DNA of 64,000 nt from a virus (taxonomy: Duplodnaviria > Caudoviricetes), in the IMG/VR virus record IMGVR_UViG_3300030061_001386, positions 1 to 64,000 of that record; one strand, 5' to 3'. The notes under the pieces were generated by a model. The model searched no databases. It was not told where the DNA came from and saw nothing but the letters and a program-made list of their open reading frames with translations. Positions within the stretch are counted from its first letter, which is position 1. Every line of letters begins with the position of its first letter. Positions 19,388-28,196 of this stretch are shown one piece after another. Position numbers and translations under genes: made by a program.

Positions 19388-21117
19388 TGAGACTCCCCCG
19401 TTGCTTCATCAGATGAGGGTTCATCTAATGATTGTTTTTGTTTAGGCAGATTTTCTAAAACTTTATCAATTACTTTGATTCTATCTTCTAATTCAGGTAA
19501 TTCTTGTTCATAGTAATCTATCCAATCTTCTAGTGATTCTTTCTGTTCCTCTATTTCATCTTCTGCAATATTGTTTGGATTACTACCATCAACTAATCCT
19601 TCTAGCCCTTCTTGATATGCTTCTGTTATTTTCTTATATTGTTCTATTGTTTCTAATAACTTATCTTTAGTTGATGTAAATAATCTAAATTGCTGAGATG
19701 GATTATCCGGTAAGTTTCCTGATTTAGCATCTTCTGCTACTTCCTTAACTTTACCACTGAACTCATTTATTTTGTCTTCAAGTGTTTTAGATTCTTCAAG
19801 TGTTTTAGAGCCAATATACCTATCAGGATATTTGAGAGAAGTCTTACTCCTAATACCAATCCTTTGTGGTGTTACTTTCTTAGGTGCTTTCTGTCTTCTT
19901 TTAGTTGCTTCAGGCGCATACTTCTCAGGGTCTTCTTCATAAAGTTCCCAAGCAGTTTCTAGATTCGGAAACTCTCTATTCATCTTAAGTGGTGAACGTC
20001 TATACTTGGTAGATATACCACGAACTCTTTTGAGCCTACTTTCTTTCAATCTACTAAAATCTCCTGTAAGAGTATTGATTCTAATTAGATATTCTAAAGC
20101 ATCAAATTGTTTTTCTAGTTCTGCTTTCATTTCACTTTCACTCATATCTTCATTAGTAGTATAAATTATGTCAGGAATCAACCTGTAAATCATCCTGAGA
20201 ATATTATCAGAATTAAAAAATAATCTATAATGTTCAGCAGGGTCTGCATTTTTAGTTTGAATTAATTTAGTTATCTCATCTACAAACTTGTCAATGTCTA
20301 AAGAATAATATTGTTCTACCCCTTTCATTCCTGCTTCTAGTTCCCCAACTTTTCTGACTGGGATTCTAGCAACTTGGTATATTTCCATTAGTATATCAAT
20401 GCTAGACTTACCATTGTATTCTCTAACTTCTGACCAACCATCTTCAAAAGTTGCATTTGGAGGAATAAATAATTTTGATACATCAGGCTTTAATCTACCT
20501 TTACCTTCTAGTAAATGTCTTTGAACTAACTTTGCACTAGAGGCTAAGTTTTCTCTCATATCTCTTATCAGATTTTTAGCCTTAGTGTTGTTACCATATT
20601 TAGACCAAGTATCTAATAGAGTTTTCATATTAACTGCAAACTTAATGCTTTGGTCAGTTCTAACACCTAAACCTATTTTTAATTTTTCAAGGGGTTGTTT
20701 ATCTCCTTCAAATAAAAACTCATATAATTCATTTTGTTCTTCTTGTAGCGTACTTAAATCAAGAGTACCTCCTTCTTTGAGTCTATCTAAACTACTTTTT
20801 TCAGGTTTAATTTGACTCTTTAAGTTGTCTATTCTGTTGATAAACTTCTGCTTATCTTTTTCCAAAGCAACAACATCTTTGTACTGTACTCCTCTTCTTG
20901 TTTGAGTTCTAATAGGAGAAGAACGGAAACCCATCCTAAGAATATTTCTTATTTTATTATCTTCTTCAGCCGCACGTTGCAATAACCTATCAGCCCGATA
21001 TAACGAACTTCTGTCAATTTTAGTTTCTTCTTTTTTATTTGCTGTATCAAACGCCCACCAAACATCAGCATGGATATCAGACCCATCTGTTCTTTTGAGG
21101 ACATCCATGAAAGTCAT
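19384..21117 (-). CDS. Large helical hypothetical protein
   Basis: 577 aa; starts MTFMDVLKR (motif variant). Confidence 0.6.
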   Translation of the reverse strand: MTFMDVLKRTDGSDIHADVWWAFDTANKKEETKIDRSSLYRADRLLQRAAEEDNKIRNILRMGFRSSPIRTQTRRGVQYKDVVALEKDKQKFINRIDNLKSQIKPEKSSLDRLKEGGTLDLSTLQEEQNELYEFLFEGDKQPLEKLKIGLGVRTDQSIKFAVNMKTLLDTWSKYGNNTKAKNLIRDMRENLASSAKLVQRHLLEGKGRLKPDVSKLFIPPNATFEDGWSEVREYNGKSSIDILMEIYQVARIPVRKVGELEAGMKGVEQYYSLDIDKFVDEITKLIQTKNADPAEHYRLFFNSDNILRMIYRLIPDIIYTTNEDMSESEMKAELEKQFDALEYLIRINTLTGDFSRLKESRLKRVRGISTKYRRSPLKMNREFPNLETAWELYEEDPEKYAPEATKRRQKAPKKVTPQRIGIRSKTSLKYPDRYIGSKTLEESKTLEDKINEFSGKVKEVAEDAKSGNLPDNPSQQFRLFTSTKDKLLETIEQYKKITEAYQEGLEGLVDGSNPNNIAEDEIEEQKESLEDWIDYYEQELPELEDRIKVIDKVLENLPKQKQSLDEPSSDEATGESQ

Positions 21118-21126
21118 TGTATCGCC

Positions 21127-21354
21127 TCAGAATGGAATATTTTCTTTTCTATTCTTTTGTTTCTTAGGAAGTAATATTGCATCAGGAATATCTGAAGCAT
21201 TTGGTATCTTCTTCTCAACAGTAGTATCTTTATCAATACCACCAATAGAATAATCTCTACTAGGAGTAATCCGGTTTCGTTGTTCTCTACCTTCTCTAAC
21301 TCTAGCCGCTTTTAGTTCTCTTTCTAACTGTCTTACACTTTTTTCTTCACTCAT
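21127..21354 (-). CDS. Small hypothetical protein
   Basis: ATGA-coupled ORF. Confidence 0.55.
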   Translation of the reverse strand: MSEEKSVRQLERELKAARVREGREQRNRITPSRDYSIGGIDKDTTVEKKIPNASDIPDAILLPKKQKNRKENIPF

Positions 21355-21644
21355 TGGTTTTTCCTCCTTTTTTCTTCATCGAGATTGTTTTTTGCTCTCC
21401 TCATCAATGCTCTATCTCCCGCATTGTAATCTCTTGGTTGTGGAATTGTTGGGACTCTTGGCATATTGGTTATGTATTGTGGTGATTGCATTCTTGTAGG
21501 TGTGTCCTTCTTGTATTGTGCAATTATCTCTCTGATTCTTTTTGCTTGAGAACTATGAGCCTTAACTGCTTTGTCCAATTCACCTGCTATCTCTTCTAAC
21601 GTCTTTACGTTCATTTCGTTTTTTAGTATATCTTGCCAACTCAT
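21351..21644 (-). CDS. Hypothetical protein, WxxILK leader
   Basis: Starts MSWQDILKN. Confidence 0.6.
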   Translation of the reverse strand: MSWQDILKNEMNVKTLEEIAGELDKAVKAHSSQAKRIREIIAQYKKDTPTRMQSPQYITNMPRVPTIPQPRDYNAGDRALMRRAKNNLDEEKRRKNQ

Positions 21645-21757
21645 TCTTTCTCCTCCCTTAATTCTTTGAAGTCATCTCCATCAATGTCTCCATCTTTATC
21701 GACATCTAGATTCTTTTGTTTACCTTTTAATTTTTTTATTACGTCAAACCAACTCAT
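21641..21757 (-). CDS. 38-aa peptide with WxxVIK leader and an EF-hand/dockerin-like loop
   Basis: Not in the track: MSWFDVIKKLKGKQKNLDVDKDGDIDGDDFKELREEKE; GGTGA upstream; ATGA overlap with the next gene. Confidence 0.7.
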   Translation of the reverse strand: MSWFDVIKKLKGKQKNLDVDKDGDIDGDDFKELREEKE

Positions 21758-21763
21758 TCTAAA

Positions 21764-21961
21764 TCACCTTTTTCCTGTTGCTATTTCAATAATTTCCATC
21801 ATTCTCTTTTCTATTTCATCTTCTGATAATCCTATTGCTTTATCTGTATCGCCTAGACCTTTAATGGTGCTGTCTGCTACTTGAACAATAGCATCAAGCC
21901 TACGCAATAACCTTGTTTGTGAATCCAACTCTCTAGATTTAATTATATCTTCCCAACTCAT
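21764..21961 (-). CDS. Hypothetical protein, WxxIIK leader
   Basis: Likely start MSWEDIIKS at 21961 (track start 21976). Confidence 0.6.
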   Translation of the reverse strand: MSWEDIIKSRELDSQTRLLRRLDAIVQVADSTIKGLGDTDKAIGLSEDEIEKRMMEIIEIATGKR

Positions 21962-22356
21962 TATAACTCTCTCCAATCTATTTTACTATAATCATGATTT
22001 TTTATGTCTTCTCTATGCAGTGCCATTGCTACACTATCTGCATTGGATATAAACCTTCTAAGTCGTATTGCGTTCTCTCCATTTAATTCAGGGTCATCTA
22101 AAACTTCATTTAGTAATGTAATATATTTTTGGTCGTCATCCTTGTATAAACCAGTGTTAAGTTCTGCATCTGAACTTTGACCTAAGAAAACAAGAGGTTG
22201 TTTTTTTCCTACTATGTGAATCAGTCCTTTTCTGTCTCCCATAGTTATAGAAATAATACCATTAGAATACATTTGTGGCGTACCTTTTATCTTTTGGTAT
22301 ATTTTTTCTGCTACATTTGTAACAGTGTCTTGTTTTAATATACCTCGCCAACTCAT
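21961..22356 (-). CDS. Hypothetical protein, WxxILK leader
   Basis: Starts MSWRGILKQ. Confidence 0.6.
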   Translation of the reverse strand: MSWRGILKQDTVTNVAEKIYQKIKGTPQMYSNGIISITMGDRKGLIHIVGKKQPLVFLGQSSDAELNTGLYKDDDQKYITLLNEVLDDPELNGENAIRLRRFISNADSVAMALHREDIKNHDYSKIDWREL

Positions 22357-22426
22357 TCATCATCACCTATTATTGGTAAACTCATTCCTACTTGCCACAC
22401 TATTATGTCAGATAGTAATCTAAGTT

Positions 22427-24082
22427 TCATCCTACTCTCCTCTCTGTTCTCTTGTCCACATTCTCATTTCCTGCTTCTCTTGGTAATCCTGTAAATCTTT
22501 TATCCGGCCCTGTGGACATTGACGGTTTGTTTCTCGTAGCGGGGGGGTTCTCTTGAGGTTTGCTCTCTCCTCCTTGATTACCCATCATCATCTGTTCTTG
22601 CATTTGTCCCATCTGACTAGCGTCAATATCTGTTCCTGCATACGGGTCTAAACTAATATCTTCTTCTCCTTCACCACCTTCTGCTTGTTCCGGTTTAGGT
22701 TCAGGTTTAGTGTAAATAAATCTACCTTCATCATCCATATCAACTTCAAATCCTAAGTTCTTAATTGCGGCGGCAACGTTAACTTCTATCTCTCTCTTAC
22801 GAAGAACAGCAATTTCATCTTCTTCTTCTGATGGTGGGAGTTTCAAACACCAATCAGTTATACCGAACTCTTCTGTCATAAACGGGAATACATAATTATT
22901 CCAAATAGTCTGTGCCATTTCCACTGCTCTATTAGTGACTAGTACTTGCATACCTTCGTTATTTAAACCACCACTAGCAGAATTATCTGCCATGAATATT
23001 TTACTCACACCATAGAATGCTGAAATCCTATCTCTCAAATCATCTTTAACTTGTATGTAGTCCATCTCCTTCAGACTATCCATAAACTTGACCCATTCAA
23101 CAGAACCTTTTCCTCCTTCAGATTCTATTCCCATTACAGGTATGAAGTGTGGGTCTTGTTCCATCTTTTCTTTGACACCACGCCAAAACGATTTCATTGA
23201 ATCCATGTTTCTAGTTTGAACAGCCAATAATCCCTTCGGCATTCTTGCCTTAGTATAGGAAGAATTAACATAATTCTCCATAGCAATTAATGTAGTAATG
23301 TTATTCCAAAGTGTTATGACGGGTGAAAGTCCATACAGTCTACTTGGTGAATATTTACTAAAGTGTAAAACTTCACCCTTCACAAAGTACTGTTCTTCTC
23401 CGTTTACTCTGTTAACATAATGAACAGGATGTAGTTCTGAATTACAAGTTTCGCAAAGGTCACTAGCATTTTCATGTACTCTATGTCTATGTCTCAAACA
23501 GGTATAACCATTTTTACCCCTCTCTCCAAGTTGATTAGAATAAATATGCATTGTTACTGGGTCGCCACGATATACTTCTTTGATTCTATGCATCCTAACA
23601 GAATTGTTATTATCAGCATAATATTCCTTAACCATGACCATATACGCATCATCCATGATATTCAAGTCATCTTCAAGTTCTTTCAATACATCAATAAACA
23701 TCTGTTCTGAACAGTTAACATACCCCTCTAAGAACTCTTTAGCATATTTCAGTTGGTCAGGATTTGGCTTTTCTAATTCTAAACTCCCACACTGTACACA
23801 TTCTTTAGTTGCGTTTTCGTGTTCTTTACCACAAGACCTACATTTTACTGCGAACTTAGCATCCCAATTGTAACCTCTTCTAAATATCTCCTGCTTAAGT
23901 TGCGTAATACAAGTTCTAACAATTGTTGATTGCGTAACTATGTGGTAAATGATAGGTGTTGTTAACAGATACGAATTATCCTTCTCCTGAATACCCGGAT
24001 TAAATACGGTTCTATCTGCGGGTTTAGGGGTTGTCTGCCTAAACAAATTGCTAATACTAAATCTTCTCTTTTCTTCTACCAT
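22427..24082 (-). CDS. Portal protein with Zn-ribbon insertions
   Basis: EVLHF...YGLSPV...ISAFYGVS HK97-like portal motifs; CxxC pairs; lies between terminase and protease. Confidence 0.85.
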   Translation of the reverse strand: MVEEKRRFSISNLFRQTTPKPADRTVFNPGIQEKDNSYLLTTPIIYHIVTQSTIVRTCITQLKQEIFRRGYNWDAKFAVKCRSCGKEHENATKECVQCGSLELEKPNPDQLKYAKEFLEGYVNCSEQMFIDVLKELEDDLNIMDDAYMVMVKEYYADNNNSVRMHRIKEVYRGDPVTMHIYSNQLGERGKNGYTCLRHRHRVHENASDLCETCNSELHPVHYVNRVNGEEQYFVKGEVLHFSKYSPSRLYGLSPVITLWNNITTLIAMENYVNSSYTKARMPKGLLAVQTRNMDSMKSFWRGVKEKMEQDPHFIPVMGIESEGGKGSVEWVKFMDSLKEMDYIQVKDDLRDRISAFYGVSKIFMADNSASGGLNNEGMQVLVTNRAVEMAQTIWNNYVFPFMTEEFGITDWCLKLPPSEEEDEIAVLRKREIEVNVAAAIKNLGFEVDMDDEGRFIYTKPEPKPEQAEGGEGEEDISLDPYAGTDIDASQMGQMQEQMMMGNQGGESKPQENPPATRNKPSMSTGPDKRFTGLPREAGNENVDKRTERRVG

Positions 24083-24083
24083 A

Positions 24084-24389
24084 TTACCACTTTACTTTGT
24101 TTGCCCAGTACGCCGCAGAGGTTTTTCCCCGCTTGATGTTCTTAGCATGACGAGCCTTGAATGATGCTTGTTTCTTTTTTCTCTTTCCTTTAGGGTCACT
24201 TTCAGTAACAGTCTTTGCACCTTGTTCCCCAAACCGAATAGTTTTGACTTTCTTCCCATCTTTAACAACCACAACATGTGATTTGGTTTTATGTTTAGGA
24301 GTTCTCTTAGGTTTACTAAAACCACTAACACCTGCTCTCTTCAAAGCAGGGTGCTTGCCCTTTTTCTTTAGAACTTCAAACCAATCCAT
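24084..24389 (-). CDS. Basic phage protein (...IRFG...FKARH...SAAYWA.KVKW type) with WxxVLK leader
   Basis: Recurrent marine-phage sequence pattern recalled from memory; very K-rich. Confidence 0.6.
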   Translation of the reverse strand: MDWFEVLKKKGKHPALKRAGVSGFSKPKRTPKHKTKSHVVVVKDGKKVKTIRFGEQGAKTVTESDPKGKRKKKQASFKARHAKNIKRGKTSAAYWANKVKW

Positions 24390-24393
24390 AATA

Positions 24394-24669
24394 TCACTTC
24401 TGAGAGAACTTCTTTCCTGTTGGGATGTGTTGCTTCCCTTTCTTACGTCCTTCTTTTTTCTTTTTATCTTGATACTTCAATCTAGATTTAGAAGTTCTTT
24501 TGTAAGTAGCCTTTGGCATGTACCTGCCCTTTGTTTTGGAAGGTGCTTTCTTTCCTTTCTCTTTGGCACTGTGTTGTTCTGAACTTCCCCACTCCTCATC
24601 AGTCCAAGTGGCTAGGTCTTGTTGTGTTTTCTTTTTGGCTTTCAAAGTTACAAACCAATCACTAATCAC
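24394..24669 (-). CDS. Basic protein, C-terminal half of a DUF5872-like family
   Basis: QQDLATWTDEEW...GRYMPK; probable GTG start at 24669 giving MISDWFVTLKA. Confidence 0.55.
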   Translation of the reverse strand: MISDWFVTLKAKKKTQQDLATWTDEEWGSSEQHSAKEKGKKAPSKTKGRYMPKATYKRTSKSRLKYQDKKKKEGRKKGKQHIPTGKKFSQK

Positions 24670-24865
24670 GATAACCACCACCTGCTCTTTTGTATGCGGC
24701 GGCGAGCATTTGTGCTTTTCTTGCAGACCATTGTCCTGCCGCCCCACCTTTACTACCTGCTTTAATTCTCTGAAATTGTTTTTTTCTCATTGATGGCTTA
24801 GTGTAGTTACCTGCTGAATTAACACTAGATTTCTTTTTCTTCTTAAGAACTTCAAACCAATTCAT
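24662..24865 (-). CDS. Basic protein, N-terminal half of a DUF5872-like family
   Basis: NYTKP...KGGAAGQWSARKAQMLAAAYKRAGGGY; starts MNWFEVLKK. Confidence 0.65.
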   Translation of the reverse strand: MNWFEVLKKKKKSSVNSAGNYTKPSMRKKQFQRIKAGSKGGAAGQWSARKAQMLAAAYKRAGGGYRD

Positions 24866-26187
24866 ATTACTCCCTCCAACTTATCCATTTCTGACATCAT
24901 ACAATTGTCATGTAATTTAGCAACTGTATCTATATCAATATCATATCTAGTAAAATCATAACCAACGTGGTCTTTATGATTTTCATACTTCATTAGTTTG
25001 AATAGTTCATGTCTTCTATCTGAGTACCAATCAGCCTTCTTGTGTGATTTCTTCATTCTAATTAATTCTAGAAGAATATCTGCATTTGGCCCTTTCATTC
25101 TGAAATGTGGCCTACATTTAGTTAACAACTCAGTAACATCATCAGCAGAATAGAAGTTTAGTCTGTTAACAGGTCTAGTGTCTTGTGGAGATTTTTGGTC
25201 TAAATGTAGTCTGCCACAACCTAGAGACTTATGCATCTCTATCATGAAAGCCTTACCTCTATCACCCGTTGCAACTAAACCAACTCTAGGGTTGTATTTT
25301 TTATCCATAGTAATATAGCCATCAGAATCTATGAAAGCCGCAGTATAGGCGTAAATGTCTTTTTTAATTTCATCACTGAACTTATAGAAAGAACCTTCAA
25401 CATTAGTTATGTTACTTTGTTTAGCCATTTTAGCAATTATGCTAGGAGTTGTTTTCTTGAATAAAGTCTTAGGTAATCTTTCGTGTATCTGTCTAGCAGA
25501 TATTCCTGAGTCTTCGCACACTATACTTGTTATGTGATATTTGATGATATCTTTTTGAGTTGTAGTTTTCATATGTTTCTTTAATATTCTCTTAAACTCT
25601 CTCTTAGAATTAGTCATGTTCTTAGTTAATTTTGAGTATTCAGAGTTGAATGGCATCCCATCCTTCTCAACTCTCGCCTCCCAATATTTACAAAGAACAT
25701 CAATCAATTCTCTTCTAGTAGCCTCATCATTAACATATGATAGTTTGATTAGGTTATCTTCAGTGCAAGTCATATCCTTTAGAACAGGTTTGTATTTTCT
25801 AATCCAATAAATAGAATCCATACTAGTATCTAGATGGTCAGAATATGCTTTGATTAGATTCTCTATTGAGTCAGTAATTCTAACCTTTTCTTCTCCTTTC
25901 AAAGTTCTTCTGTATTTTTTTAGTTCTCTGATAGTCTTAGGTATATCATTACCTTCAATCTCAAACTTCTTCAAATCATATTTTAATTGGGATTTAGCAT
26001 CAGATAATGTTAACCTAAAGTCTTCTGCAAACTTCTTTTCTAAAGTTGTATGGTCTTCTAACGCATTGTTGGATAACCACGCTCTCTTCATATCTTCAGT
26101 GATACGTTCAATCTCTTCTTCAGATGTTTCTTTTCGTCTTGCTTCTTCCGCAAGCATCTCAAACTTTTCACTATCTTTCTCCGCCAC
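24862..26187 (-). CDS. LAGLIDADG endonuclease-domain protein with a long N-terminal helical extension
   Basis: AYTAAFIDSDGYI motif followed by a typical LAGLIDADG beta-saddle region. Confidence 0.75.
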   Translation of the reverse strand: MAEKDSEKFEMLAEEARRKETSEEEIERITEDMKRAWLSNNALEDHTTLEKKFAEDFRLTLSDAKSQLKYDLKKFEIEGNDIPKTIRELKKYRRTLKGEEKVRITDSIENLIKAYSDHLDTSMDSIYWIRKYKPVLKDMTCTEDNLIKLSYVNDEATRRELIDVLCKYWEARVEKDGMPFNSEYSKLTKNMTNSKREFKRILKKHMKTTTQKDIIKYHITSIVCEDSGISARQIHERLPKTLFKKTTPSIIAKMAKQSNITNVEGSFYKFSDEIKKDIYAYTAAFIDSDGYITMDKKYNPRVGLVATGDRGKAFMIEMHKSLGCGRLHLDQKSPQDTRPVNRLNFYSADDVTELLTKCRPHFRMKGPNADILLELIRMKKSHKKADWYSDRRHELFKLMKYENHKDHVGYDFTRYDIDIDTVAKLHDNCMMSEMDKLEGVI

Positions 26188-26198
26188 GCATATACCCC

Positions 26199-27659
26199 CT
26201 AGAAGTTCAGCCCCATCATACCGCCTAAAGACCTGTTCATTGGCTTAGGGTTATCAAATATTCCCATATCATCCAATAACATGAACACATCTTGGGTTTT
26301 TGTAGCGCAAGCGACTGCCAATGCCAAACTCATAACTAAGTCGTCATGCGCCCCTACACCTTCAAACCTACCACTATGAGTAATAGAGAACATTGATAAT
26401 TCCTCAATCAAAGCATTAGTTAGATTTCTACTATTATTATCACCGTATGGGAAGTTTATCTTTCCGTTTTCTATATTCATTTGAAGACTTAGAATTATCT
26501 CCTGTTTCTTTTTTCTAGTAGTAGTAAAGTCTCTAACATTTAAATCTGAAATATTTCTGAGTTCCTGTGTGAATGCTTTAGCAAAAGTGTTAGTCTCGTA
26601 GAGTATTTCTTCCGGCTCAAATATTCGACCAATCAAACGTATCTTCTCAATGTTTTCTCTGAAGTCAACATTCTTTGCCCTATCAACGTGGACTATGGTT
26701 TTGTTTTTCTCATCATCAACTTCTATCACTGTGATAACATTGTAGTCTCCATCGGTTGAGATAGCAGGGTCAACACCAACGTAATACTTGTATCCCTTAT
26801 CCTTTCTATGTCCTAGTCTCAAAACATAGTCTTTATTTTTACATTTAGCGATAAACTCAGGATTGAACAATGCTGTTCCAGTAGAGATTGGAACACAAAG
26901 ATATTCTCTTGTAAACTTAAGAGAACCTATCTCAGCCTTTCTTTGCATGAGTGCATCAAAGTCCCAACGTTCAGGCCAAAGTGGTTCATTCATTGAATCT
27001 AGACATGGGTATTTCTTAACGGAATATGCGCTATTTTCTTCTAACTGTGCAAAGATATCAGTATAAGTAAATGGTGTACCAATCATTCTCAACTTAGAAG
27101 TGTGATGAAGTGTTGGTATCATATCTCCAAAGAACCAATCTGTAACTCGCTGAATACCTGCAAGGCTGAACTCTTTCAAAGGGTCGTCAATAATAATCTC
27201 TTGAGGGTGAAGTCCTCTAATCTGAGAACCAACAGAACGTTCCAAAATAGCATTACCATTTGTTAATTGTATATTACCAATAGCCCAACCCCTACTAGGC
27301 TTGTACTTCTTAAGAGCAGGATGATTGAAATATCTGTCAATTTCTCTCATGTGAACTAAAGTCTGTTTTTGGTTAGAAGAAATGTATAGCATTTGATATG
27401 GTGGTTCTTGAAACACAAGATTCCATACTACCCAACTGTGCATAAAGACAGATTTCCCGTGGTCTCTGCTACAAATAATAACAGTTCTATCGGTTGTTTC
27501 CATTGATTCTAACCACTCTTGCATGTAAGGAGGAAACATCATACCAAGAACATTCTGAAAAAAATAAGGAAAAGATGTTTTAGATATTTCCATATCCATA
27601 GAGGATATAAAATCTAACTCATCTATTTCCATTCTTATTTCCTCATAATGTAAAACCAA
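26199..27659 (-). CDS. terL: Terminase large subunit
   Basis: Walker A SRDHGKS, Walker B IIIDD, motif III IGTPF, RNase H-like nuclease VGVDPA...HDDLVMSLALA. Confidence 0.92.
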   Translation of the reverse strand: MVLHYEEIRMEIDELDFISSMDMEISKTSFPYFFQNVLGMMFPPYMQEWLESMETTDRTVIICSRDHGKSVFMHSWVVWNLVFQEPPYQMLYISSNQKQTLVHMREIDRYFNHPALKKYKPSRGWAIGNIQLTNGNAILERSVGSQIRGLHPQEIIIDDPLKEFSLAGIQRVTDWFFGDMIPTLHHTSKLRMIGTPFTYTDIFAQLEENSAYSVKKYPCLDSMNEPLWPERWDFDALMQRKAEIGSLKFTREYLCVPISTGTALFNPEFIAKCKNKDYVLRLGHRKDKGYKYYVGVDPAISTDGDYNVITVIEVDDEKNKTIVHVDRAKNVDFRENIEKIRLIGRIFEPEEILYETNTFAKAFTQELRNISDLNVRDFTTTRKKKQEIILSLQMNIENGKINFPYGDNNSRNLTNALIEELSMFSITHSGRFEGVGAHDDLVMSLALAVACATKTQDVFMLLDDMGIFDNPKPMNRSLGGMMGLNF

Positions 27660-28192
27660 TTAGAGACAGGTCTGTAATACAACTTTCTAATTGCAGTCGT
27701 TGGACTTTGTTCTCTCTCTAGTTTTTCTAAGACTTCTTTAACGTCTTCAGGAATATCATCTTGTCTAATTACTTTCATGTTACTATCAAACTCTACTCGT
27801 TGAAAGCCCTGTCTATCAACAAAAACAGAAACTCCTTGTGGCATAGCCGCACCTACTATTGGCCTATGACTATGTAAATCAACTACTTTCTTTGATATCC
27901 ATAGTCCTGCACCTCTAGTTTGTTCTCTAGATAATCCAGTTTCTTTCGCATGGCTAACTAATCCAGTTAACAAAAATATATTCTTGTAAGGAGCAATACC
28001 TTGAACTGCAACAGGCTTACCATCTTTTACAGTTGGATGATATGCAATGTAATATTTCGGTTTAACTTCTGCAAACATCGTACCGTTCAATCGTTGATAG
28101 CGTTGCGCTCTAGTCTTGTAAGTAATATCATGTTCAGCAAACGCACGTACTACTTCTTCCTCAGTCATAGGGTTAGATATTTGAAACTCCAT
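27635..28192 (-). CDS. Putative GNAT-fold acetyltransferase
   Basis: YYIAY...PVAVQG...RGAG (acetyl-CoA loop-like)...QGF pattern; ends NWFYIMRK. Confidence 0.45.
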   Translation of the reverse strand: MEFQISNPMTEEEVVRAFAEHDITYKTRAQRYQRLNGTMFAEVKPKYYIAYHPTVKDGKPVAVQGIAPYKNIFLLTGLVSHAKETGLSREQTRGAGLWISKKVVDLHSHRPIVGAAMPQGVSVFVDRQGFQRVEFDSNMKVIRQDDIPEDVKEVLEKLEREQSPTTAIRKLYYRPVSNWFYIMRK

Positions 28193-28196
28193 CTAA

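Noticed and set aside
24862-27659. Intein or intron in terL
   Set aside because: terL is intact with both domains; the LAGLIDADG ORF is separate and lacks splicing motifs.
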